This document shows, one piece after another, positions 9,817 to 17,837 of a DNA stretch of 27,590 bases. The notes beneath the pieces are model-generated. The model had not been told where the DNA came from. It saw nothing but the letters and a program-made list of their open reading frames with translations, and did not search any database. The position numbers and the translations under genes were made by a program. How positions within the stretch are numbered: the first letter of the stretch is position 1; every line of letters begins with the position of its first letter. The stretch comes from a virus (taxonomy: Duplodnaviria > Caudoviricetes): the IMG/VR virus record IMGVR_UViG_3300012953_000170, positions 1 through 27,590 of that record. One strand, 5' to 3'.

Positions 9817-10956
9817 TCAAAGACTCGATATGTAGTTCCATGTCCTTCCATGAGAATCATATATACTCTGATCTAATGTTTCTGTGTTATTATCAAATCT
9901 AATGTCAGTTGGAAATCCATTTATAGGTGTTCTATCAAGCCTTGGACTACTTGCGTCTGCCAAATCAAAAATTGATCTATACGTTTTATCTAAATTAGTA
10001 ATAGTAAAATCTTTATACTGTTCAATTAAAATATCTGGATCCATTCTTACAGTAAATACTCTATTTGTTCCTGGATTTGCCGAAGTATAGCTTATTGAAG
10101 AGTCCTGTAATCCAAATGCATTATTACTTATATCTGTCCAAGAAGAAGTAATGCTGTCAACTTTATTGAATTCTATCATGTTTGCGCTATCGCCTGTCAT
10201 TATATATGAAGTGGCGCCCATAGTATCTAAAATAGTTGTATCAGCAAGTGGTGCTGTAACAATACTTATAGTATCGTCAAAAACAAGTAATGGAAAATTA
10301 ACAGCGCCTTTTTGCGAATCAAAAACTGCAGACAATGCTGATATAGTATCTTGATTTTGTGGTTGTACTAAAACCTCTGATGATAAAAAGAATCCTGCTG
10401 GATGTACAAACTTTTTATAAAGGTCTTTATATGTTTCGAAAGCAAGAGGCGCCTTAAGCATTATTGATAATATTTGAAATGCTGCCCCATCTTGTAATAC
10501 ACTAGTGCTTTCTTCTTCTGCCGATAGAACATGCGCAGAATCATTTAAATGAAATATATCTCTTTTAGGATATACAATTTCGACATCTTCATTAAAAAAA
10601 CCTCTAAAAAATCCTTCAGATGAATATTTTGTACCCTTGACTCTGTAAAATCTAGCAAAGTTTTTAAGTATTTCTCTTGGATTTTTAAAGAAAGATTGCG
10701 ACATTCCCATCGCAAATTCTCTAAACATATTATCTAACTGACTTAAAGATGCCGCTTCAATATCTCTTATAGAGTATAAATCATTTATTAGTGCTCCAAA
10801 GTTATCACCACTATCAAGAAAATCATAATATGATTCTAAAAATGAAATTAAGTTTGGATAATCTGTTGCAAAGTACTCGGGTAATACTTCCTTAACGAGA
10901 TTCTTATGAAAAGAAATCTCCAGACGATCATAATCTATAAGAGTTTTTTCAACCAT
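9817..10956 (-). CDS. gp7: Baseplate wedge protein, short gp7-like
   Basis: 'LPEYFATDYPNLISFLESYYDFL', 'FYRVKGT...FFRGFFNEDVEIVYP' and 'VHPAGF' motifs; lies between gp6 and gp8. Confidence 0.75.
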   Translation of the reverse strand: MVEKTLIDYDRLEISFHKNLVKEVLPEYFATDYPNLISFLESYYDFLDSGDNFGALINDLYSIRDIEAASLSQLDNMFREFAMGMSQSFFKNPREILKNFARFYRVKGTKYSSEGFFRGFFNEDVEIVYPKRDIFHLNDSAHVLSAEEESTSVLQDGAAFQILSIMLKAPLAFETYKDLYKKFVHPAGFFLSSEVLVQPQNQDTISALSAVFDSQKGAVNFPLLVFDDTISIVTAPLADTTILDTMGATSYIMTGDSANMIEFNKVDSITSSWTDISNNAFGLQDSSISYTSANPGTNRVFTVRMDPDILIEQYKDFTITNLDKTYRSIFDLADASSPRLDRTPINGFPTDIRFDNNTETLDQSIYDSHGRTWNYISSL

Positions 10957-12803
10957 TATAATGCCACTCTATTTCCTTGTCTATCAACACTGCTGGTAAC
11001 TGTAAATCTTTCTTCATCTACTTTAAATACAAAATTTCTTTGAGATCTTACTTCGCTTTCATTTTGAGGAACTGCTGAAAATTTTATAAAATTAGATCCG
11101 CTTAATATAGTTCCAGGATTAAAGTTTATTAAAGATAATGTACCATCTAAAGAATTAAAGTTTCCAACATTATCTTGTACAACAGTATCAGCATCATCAA
11201 CATTAATAATTTTTAGTTTATTTGAGGATAGTGTATTAACAACTTTTAAGTTTCCTGTAACTCCTGTCATTTGAAATAAGTCTGATTCTATTATTGTCAA
11301 TACATCATCAGCATTTGCAAGTTGAACTGGATATACTAACTCATAATTTAAAGGCGTATCTAAAGTAGGAATCAATCTTTGTTGCAATTTGATATTCATT
11401 CTTGAGTTAAGTACAGCAATATCTACTTCATCGATGTCTGTAAGTAAATTAGATCTTCTAAAAGTTTTATTAAAACCGCTTACAGTATTTAAAAGATAAT
11501 CTCTTATTGCAACTCTTGTTTTATTTTCAAGTGCAAGTGCAGTTGAGCCAGTCAGGTCTGGATTAAAAGTAAATGAAGTGGTTGTGTCAATAAAAATTTC
11601 AATTGGATCAACAAACTCTGGTGTTATTGACATCACAGAAAGATTATTTGTAAAATTACTTTTTATATTATCTTTAACTATTATTTTTGCTGCATTAGTT
11701 AGACCATCATTAAAATCAAGAGCAACATAGACTTTACCATAATTTACTGGTACGTTATCTTCTCCTCCCCAAACCGAGACATCTTTTACTGTAGGAAAGT
11801 TTGCCGCTATAGTTGATCTATAATCTTCAGGCGTAACAAGTCTTTGTTGTGTGGCGAATGCAGAGGCAGCTAAATCTTTTATAGAATCAATGCCTTGTTT
11901 ATTTGCTCCACCTGCTGAATTAGCCTGTGGAACGATTTGCAATGCAAAATTAGTCCCACCAACATTATATTGTACCGATGTAGAAAACGATTTTATTTCA
12001 TTGGCTGATGGACCTGTTGTTCTAAGATAAGTAACTTCGATTTTACTTCCTGCTTCTGGAGATTTTCCAAATGTAACACCATCTCCAAAATTAAGTTCAA
12101 ATGTTCCGTTTGGAACTTCTCTAAGTGTATAATAAGTTGATTTAGCATTAACTGTAAGCGCTCTTTTTAAAGGTGTATACTCTTCAAAAACAGTAGAACT
12201 TGGTGATTCAAAAACTTTTATAATTGCGGTTGTGGTATCTATGTCGGCATCAGGGATAATATATATTTGTCGATCAGTTGCTTGACCTACAAAAAAAGTT
12301 TTAGTTATTTTTGTACCTTCAAAGGCAGTAACTCCGGATGCGCCATCAGCATCAACAAATGTATATAATCCTGTTCCGTCATCTGTTGCAGTAAAAGCCT
12401 GTGTAGTTAAAAATTGAAAAGATCCGTTTTCATTTGATCCAGTAAATACACTATCCACTGGAAGTACATAAGTTTGAGCTCGATTGGCTACGCCAGCAAG
12501 ATTTAAAGTTGCAGTAAATCTAGCCTGTGATGATGTTGCTGATCTTATACTAAATCCTAAAGCTTCTGCATGAGATATTACAGATGATCTAAGTTGAGCT
12601 GTTGATATAAATGCTTCATTTAATGCCATATTAGCAGTAAGTGCATTGAAATGAGTATTGTATGCCAAAACGTCAAGAATATTTGAAAGCCCTGCTCCTT
12701 CAAAGTCATAATCAGCAAATTCTGTTTTAGCACTAAGATAGTTTTTAAGCTTATTCTTAATCTGATCGAAATCTAATTGTGTTGATTGAATATTTGTTGC
12801 CAT
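10956..12803 (-). CDS. gp6: Baseplate wedge subunit gp6
   Basis: 'LDFDQIKNKL...FADYDFEGAGLSNILDVLAYNTH', 'FGDGVTFGK', 'QQRLVTPEDY', 'VWGGEDN...YGKVYV'. Confidence 0.95.
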   Translation of the reverse strand: MATNIQSTQLDFDQIKNKLKNYLSAKTEFADYDFEGAGLSNILDVLAYNTHFNALTANMALNEAFISTAQLRSSVISHAEALGFSIRSATSSQARFTATLNLAGVANRAQTYVLPVDSVFTGSNENGSFQFLTTQAFTATDDGTGLYTFVDADGASGVTAFEGTKITKTFFVGQATDRQIYIIPDADIDTTTAIIKVFESPSSTVFEEYTPLKRALTVNAKSTYYTLREVPNGTFELNFGDGVTFGKSPEAGSKIEVTYLRTTGPSANEIKSFSTSVQYNVGGTNFALQIVPQANSAGGANKQGIDSIKDLAASAFATQQRLVTPEDYRSTIAANFPTVKDVSVWGGEDNVPVNYGKVYVALDFNDGLTNAAKIIVKDNIKSNFTNNLSVMSITPEFVDPIEIFIDTTTSFTFNPDLTGSTALALENKTRVAIRDYLLNTVSGFNKTFRRSNLLTDIDEVDIAVLNSRMNIKLQQRLIPTLDTPLNYELVYPVQLANADDVLTIIESDLFQMTGVTGNLKVVNTLSSNKLKIINVDDADTVVQDNVGNFNSLDGTLSLINFNPGTILSGSNFIKFSAVPQNESEVRSQRNFVFKVDEERFTVTSSVDRQGNRVAL

Positions 12804-13273
12804 TATCTTAACCTTGCTAATGTTGTTTGAATTACCTGTTTCTCTTCACTGTTAATAATTCTATATGTAACCTTTACAGAAATAGTATTATCATCAACTC
12901 TAGACGTATTTTGCAAACCAGCATTATTAACATCAGTTTCAACTCTAACATCAGTTACTCTTGGCTCATATGCACGTAAGGCATCTTCAACATCTTCTTC
13001 TATTTGAGATGATATGTCTGGATCACTTGCTATTTCAAATAGTAAACCTCTAAGATCTGCTCCAAAATCAGGATTAAATGGTTTTTCTAAATTATTTGTT
13101 AATAAAATATTTTTTACGGATTGCTTTACTGAAGCGGCATCTATTTTTTTAAACACATCTCCACCTACTTTAGGAGAAAACGTAAGATCAATATCACTAT
13201 ATTTTCTTTGTCTGCTTCCTAATATTGAAGAAGTCTGATTACCGTCTTCTATTGAAAATGCTTTTGTTACCAT
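12803..13273 (-). CDS. gp25: Baseplate wedge subunit gp25
   Basis: 'YSDIDLTF', 'SVKQSVKNILLTN..EKPFNPDFGA.L..LLFE' and 'YEPRV'; immediately upstream of gp6. Confidence 0.95.
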   Translation of the reverse strand: MVTKAFSIEDGNQTSSILGSRQRKYSDIDLTFSPKVGGDVFKKIDAASVKQSVKNILLTNNLEKPFNPDFGADLRGLLFEIASDPDISSQIEEDVEDALRAYEPRVTDVRVETDVNNAGLQNTSRVDDNTISVKVTYRIINSEEKQVIQTTLARLR

Positions 13274-13295
13274 TTTATTTTCCGTAATTTTACAG

Positions 13296-13303
13296 TATTT
13301 ATA
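13296..13303 (-). promoter_or_regulatory. T4 late promoter TATAAATA for gp25-gp6-gp7
   Basis: Perfect consensus in the 33-bp intergenic gap upstream of gp25. Confidence 0.85.
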
Positions 13304-13306
13304 TGT

Positions 13307-15325
13307 TTACGCTGTAACTTCAATCAAATCAGAAGAACTTTGAACATCGCCATTAAATACAGTTTCTAAATTCATACTATATGATGCAGAAAAGTCTGAA
13401 CCAATAGATGGAATCTCTATAGTAAGCTGACCATGAATTTCTCCACTTGGGTTAAATGTATCATAATTTAATCCTAATTTGTCATAACTAAAAGTATCTC
13501 TTAAAAGCTCGGCAAAATCATATAATTTATCAAGTGCGATTGAACCGTCAGTTGAGTATACTTCATAAGCTACAGCTTGACCCTTTTCAGCTAATTTATT
13601 AAATCCAGATGTTGTTTCTCCAGGACCAGGTTGGTATAATCCTTCGGCAACGACTAAATTATAACCTTTAAACGTTCCAAGATCATAGAATGTTTTTATT
13701 ATTTGTGATTGAACATATAAGTTCCTGGCTATCTGTTGTCTTTCACCAAAACTTGTAATATGATTTAATGTTACCTTGTTCCCAGTCCCACCAGTAAATT
13801 TTGAAATAGGAATACCATTTCCAAGTAAGGTACTAGCAGATATTAAAGTTTTATTCTGTGGATTGAATTGCGAATCAACAGCATAAGTAAAGGATCTTGG
13901 TTTAGAGGATCCATCGGCAGCTTTGAACTGGCTATTCATTTTATTAACACCACCTTGACCAATAATATCATTTCCTGTTTTTACAGATGGATTCTTTCCT
14001 GCCATTCTATTAACACCACCAGGAAGTCCAGTTGAAAAAGTTTCTGCTAGAACTCCAGCAGCTATTCTGTCAGTAACAAATGTTGTATTACTTAAATGAT
14101 TTTTATCTTTTAATTTTGACCTTACTTCTTTTAAATTAAGTTCTCTGTTTGTAACACCCTTTGATGTTGTGTCTTTATCATAATAATTCTTAATTTCATC
14201 ATTCTTATCAACACTAACTTTCTTTACTCCTATTTCATTATTTTGTAATAGATCGCTTATAATACCACCACTTGGTTGAACTGTTGCTGTAGTATCACTA
14301 GAAGTTGAATCGATTGAAACATCTTCAATTTGTACCACACCAATACCACCAGCTACAGATGATTCTACAGCTTGTTTTGCTGTACCATTTAATGAACCAT
14401 GAAATGTTGTTGCATATGCTGCATTTTGCTGTGTCGTTTTTGCGTGTAAAGTGTTTTCTAAATATACATTATTATAATATCCAATCATGTCCTTACCACC
14501 AATAGTTCCTTTTTCGCCTATCACGGCTAAATCAGTGGCGGCAATATTAATATTTGGACTTGATATATCAATCTCTTTTTCAGCATTAAATAAAACCGCG
14601 TCGCCATGATTATATTCAGATTTACCTTGTGCTATTGATTGGAATGTACCTTTGACAATATTATAATAATTTGAAAGAAAGGTATTTGCCATATATCCTA
14701 AAACAATTACGCTTTTAGATTTGTTAACAACTTCACTCATTAATCCTATAACTTTTTTCTTATACGAACCAAATATATTAGCTATCCAATTTCCATTCAC
14801 TGTTAAATTATAATCTCCGCCTATTTCTAAATTATAATCTCCTGAGACAGTCATGTTTAAATTACCATAGTATGATATGTCTCCATTGCCTTCAACTACT
14901 AATCTTCTATCGCCTTGTGCTACATCTATTTTATGATTTTTAGCATTTACAATTATAGTGCCATCAGGTCTTATATCAACACCAGCTCCATTGTTATGTT
15001 TTATTATAATTCTTTCACCACCAGGAGTATCATTTATTTCTATAACATGGCCTGATACAGATTCATTTACTTGTGATAAAGGATATTGACTTGATATAGA
15101 ATGAGTAGCATCTGTATTTACATTAGGTATACCATTTCTGGTATCAAGCTCATTAACATCAACACCTCTAATTGCTCTATTTACAGTCTGTTGATTCTGA
15201 TAATTTGCTTTAGGGTATTCACCACCTGGATCTCCAAAAGCATCTGGTGGTACTCCTTCTTTGTTTACAAATCCTTCTCCATTGTCACTTATTCTTTTTA
15301 AGAGTTCATCAGTTTCTGTTGTCAT
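13307..15325 (-). CDS. gp5: gp5 C-terminal module (spike beta-helix) with a long extension and a degenerate peptidase M15-like C-terminal domain
   Basis: 'DPGGEYP', 'QYP...ESVSGHVIEINDTPGGERI..KH..G' and 8-residue beta-helix repeats (VSGDYNLE IGGDYNLT VNGNWIAN IFGSYKKK) are gp5 hallmarks. The M15-like call for the C-terminus is inferred and weaker. Confidence 0.8.
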   Translation of the reverse strand: MTTETDELLKRISDNGEGFVNKEGVPPDAFGDPGGEYPKANYQNQQTVNRAIRGVDVNELDTRNGIPNVNTDATHSISSQYPLSQVNESVSGHVIEINDTPGGERIIIKHNNGAGVDIRPDGTIIVNAKNHKIDVAQGDRRLVVEGNGDISYYGNLNMTVSGDYNLEIGGDYNLTVNGNWIANIFGSYKKKVIGLMSEVVNKSKSVIVLGYMANTFLSNYYNIVKGTFQSIAQGKSEYNHGDAVLFNAEKEIDISSPNINIAATDLAVIGEKGTIGGKDMIGYYNNVYLENTLHAKTTQQNAAYATTFHGSLNGTAKQAVESSVAGGIGVVQIEDVSIDSTSSDTTATVQPSGGIISDLLQNNEIGVKKVSVDKNDEIKNYYDKDTTSKGVTNRELNLKEVRSKLKDKNHLSNTTFVTDRIAAGVLAETFSTGLPGGVNRMAGKNPSVKTGNDIIGQGGVNKMNSQFKAADGSSKPRSFTYAVDSQFNPQNKTLISASTLLGNGIPISKFTGGTGNKVTLNHITSFGERQQIARNLYVQSQIIKTFYDLGTFKGYNLVVAEGLYQPGPGETTSGFNKLAEKGQAVAYEVYSTDGSIALDKLYDFAELLRDTFSYDKLGLNYDTFNPSGEIHGQLTIEIPSIGSDFSASYSMNLETVFNGDVQSSSDLIEVTA

Positions 15326-16860
15326 GCTACACCTCTCTGTAAGCTTGCAAGTTGTGTTGGCGATACCGGCCCATTTTGTGGATTAGAAACATTTTGTTTA
15401 TTAAATCTTGAAATAATATATTCGCCAACATCAAACCCTGGATCAGGTTTATTCCTATCGAAATCCATGTGACCAAAAGCTTGCCCTCCTGGAAATATCA
15501 TGAAGAATCCTTTTAAAAACATATCAAGTGTTTTAAATTGAGCTGCAGTTATAGACTTTGCACTTACAAATCTATTAGGATTAGGCGTTGAACTAGGACA
15601 ATTATAACCTGCTACAAATGCTATACCTATGCTAAACTTATTATGGCCGGCTGTTCTTGCGTGCGCTCCTCTTAAAGATATCGGCCTCCCTCTTTCAAGA
15701 TCTCCATTCCTCTTTATAACATAGTGGTAACTACATCCTTTAAAACCTCTTCTTAGTCCAATTTCATGTATTTCTTTTGCACCAACATGGCCTTGATTAT
15801 TATAATGAGCTGTCCAATGAACTATTGTTTCTGTTATCGGTCTTTCACAGCCTCTTAATTCTGATACTAATTCCTCTAGTGAATTCACTTTTTCAAAAGT
15901 ATAGCTCTTTGTATCAGTACTGCTTCCTTTCCAATTATTTGAAATCTTTCCAAGATCTTTAGTTTTTCGAGATGATTTACCAAGTTTAAAATCTTTAGCT
16001 CGTGACCTATCAATAGAACTAGCTGTAGATGTACTTAAATTAGTCAATGATTTTTCTAAATCAGTTTTATCAAGGTCAACACCTTTTGATATTCCTATTG
16101 TTTCTACGAGATTAATTGCTTGATCATTTTGACCGTTAATTATTAGATTTTCAACCTCGAGTAATTGATCTTCATCAAGACTATTTTTTGATACATCTTT
16201 TAGTAGTTCTTCAATATAATTTTGACTTGATAGAACAGCTTTTTCTGTGTTACCTATTTCTGCTTCTTCTCTTCCTAATACGCCGCTAGTTAGAGACTTA
16301 ATGTTATTACTTGATGTTTGTACTCCAGCACTCACAGTATCTATTTGACTAAAATAGTCAGCTGAAGGCGACATACCACCAAGAGCTTCTTGAGCAAATT
16401 TTTTAAATTTTGAAGGAACAAATTGTAGCAAGTATCCTGTATCTGGTTCTTCACCAACAGTATCAAAGTAAGCATTTTTTATTGCTTGACCAGATCCTAA
16501 CATTACTTTTGCATGCATGAATCCATCACCTTGAACACTTGAGTTTGTCAATGTGCTTATATCCGAAGATTTAGTAGATTTTCCAGGTGTTCTTAAAGCT
16601 TCTGATTTTGCATCTGAAGTTACAAGTGCTATTGCTGGAACTGATAATTCATCACCAGGATATAAATCAGATTGTGTTATAGCAGTCATTCCACCTATTG
16701 TTTGACCGGTACTCTTTCCTAAAATACTAGATTGTGTAGATCTATATTTACCACCAGTTTCAGTTATAACGGATTGATCGTCTCCAAATTTGCCTGTTAA
16801 AGGTATTCTTCGAAGAGTATTGTTTAATTTTTGAAGAGCTACTTTATTAATTTCTGTCAT
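15322..16860 (-). CDS. Protein with C-terminal N-acetylmuramoyl-L-alanine amidase (Amidase_2, T7-lysozyme/PGRP fold) and an unknown N-terminal region of about 330 aa
   Basis: 'IVHWTA', 'SYHYVIKRNGDLERGRP', 'GAHA..GHNKFSIGIAFVAG', 'AQFKTL', 'GHMDF...KPDPGFDV'; the His/His/Asp zinc ligands and the catalytic Tyr are present. Confidence 0.9.
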   Translation of the reverse strand: MTEINKVALQKLNNTLRRIPLTGKFGDDQSVITETGGKYRSTQSSILGKSTGQTIGGMTAITQSDLYPGDELSVPAIALVTSDAKSEALRTPGKSTKSSDISTLTNSSVQGDGFMHAKVMLGSGQAIKNAYFDTVGEEPDTGYLLQFVPSKFKKFAQEALGGMSPSADYFSQIDTVSAGVQTSSNNIKSLTSGVLGREEAEIGNTEKAVLSSQNYIEELLKDVSKNSLDEDQLLEVENLIINGQNDQAINLVETIGISKGVDLDKTDLEKSLTNLSTSTASSIDRSRAKDFKLGKSSRKTKDLGKISNNWKGSSTDTKSYTFEKVNSLEELVSELRGCERPITETIVHWTAHYNNQGHVGAKEIHEIGLRRGFKGCSYHYVIKRNGDLERGRPISLRGAHARTAGHNKFSIGIAFVAGYNCPSSTPNPNRFVSAKSITAAQFKTLDMFLKGFFMIFPGGQAFGHMDFDRNKPDPGFDVGEYIISRFNKQNVSNPQNGPVSPTQLASLQRGVA

Positions 16861-17837
16861 TGTCCGCCTCTTGCGTATTCTGTATATGCTGCCTCCGCGG
16901 CATCTAATCTTCTTTTATAACTTGGGTGACCTTCAGCATATCTTTCAAAATCATAAAATTTTGCTTCAGGTCTAACATAATACTTATTCCAAGCTCTAAC
17001 TGAAGTTTCTACAGTTTTTTGAGCCTTTATCTTTGCTAGATGACGAGATTCAGGTCCTTCGGTAAGTTCCCATGTTACAAATCTCATTTGAGTCGATAGA
17101 TGATTAACGTTTAGATTATTATCTGCAGCAAAGTTTTCCAAGTCAGTCCTTCTTGATCCCTGCCATTGAATAATTCCTATAGCATTTTCTGCAGGATTAG
17201 GACGCTTTGGATCAAATGAAGACTCTGCAAAAACTGTTCCAACAAAACCTGCCGATTGTTCTGGTGTAAGATTCATTGTTGTTGTAAGATAATTATATAT
17301 TTTTTCAGCATTAGATGATCCTGCTATTTCTTCGCCAAAAGTTTCTACTTTATCTTGGTCAATTAAAACTTTTTCTCCTTCATAAGGTACATCGGTAACT
17401 GTAGCATCTTCACGAGTTTGTTTACTTACCTCGTTATCCGGCACAAAAGGAAAATTTTTAATTGTAGGATCTGTTTTTTGTGTTTCGCTTTTACCAGCTA
17501 TATGATCTAAAGATCCTATTATTACAGGTTGTTGTCCAGCAGTATCTAACATTATACCTAATACAATCGTTCCTGGAACATAAACAGCAAATGGACCAAT
17601 TCCAGATGCTCCTCCACCGATCCTTATTGTACTCGCCCAAGGCAATGCTTCTTGCGGTATGTCTTCAAGATTATCAGTATGTAAACCAAAAATTCTTACT
17701 TGACACCTTCCAAGTTGTTGAGGATCAGTGTTTGACAATACCGTTCCAACCCAAAAACCCTGTATCTGTCCTTCAAATTGTTTAGCAGACTGTAATATCT
17801 TAAACTCATCTCTACTAAAACTACCCATCATTCCCAT
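16857..17837 (-). CDS. gp5: gp5 N-terminal OB-fold fused to a phage tail lysozyme (Phage_lysozyme2-type) domain
   Basis: 'FWVGTV...DPQQLGRCQVRIFGLH...LPWA...GTIVLGIMLD...QQPVIIGS' is the Gp5 OB-fold. 'IYNYL...LTPEQSAGFVG...AESSFDP...GIIQWQGSRR...QMRFVTWEL' is the tail lysozyme, with the catalytic Glu in AES. Confidence 0.88.
   Translation of the reverse strand: MGMMGSFSRDEFKILQSAKQFEGQIQGFWVGTVLSNTDPQQLGRCQVRIFGLHTDNLEDIPQEALPWASTIRIGGGASGIGPFAVYVPGTIVLGIMLDTAGQQPVIIGSLDHIAGKSETQKTDPTIKNFPFVPDNEVSKQTREDATVTDVPYEGEKVLIDQDKVETFGEEIAGSSNAEKIYNYLTTTMNLTPEQSAGFVGTVFAESSFDPKRPNPAENAIGIIQWQGSRRTDLENFAADNNLNVNHLSTQMRFVTWELTEGPESRHLAKIKAQKTVETSVRAWNKYYVRPEAKFYDFERYAEGHPSYKRRLDAAEAAYTEYARGGQ

Noticed and set aside
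12803-13273. gp25 as an additional lysozyme
   Set aside because: The 'lysozyme' label on GPW/gp25 proteins is a legacy annotation; gp25 is a structural sheath initiator.
13307-17837. Stop-codon reassignment or pseudogenisation as the cause of the split gp5
   Set aside because: The junctions are ATGA overlaps that change frame, each part ends in a complete domain, and TAA, TAG and TGA all terminate genes normally elsewhere in the window.
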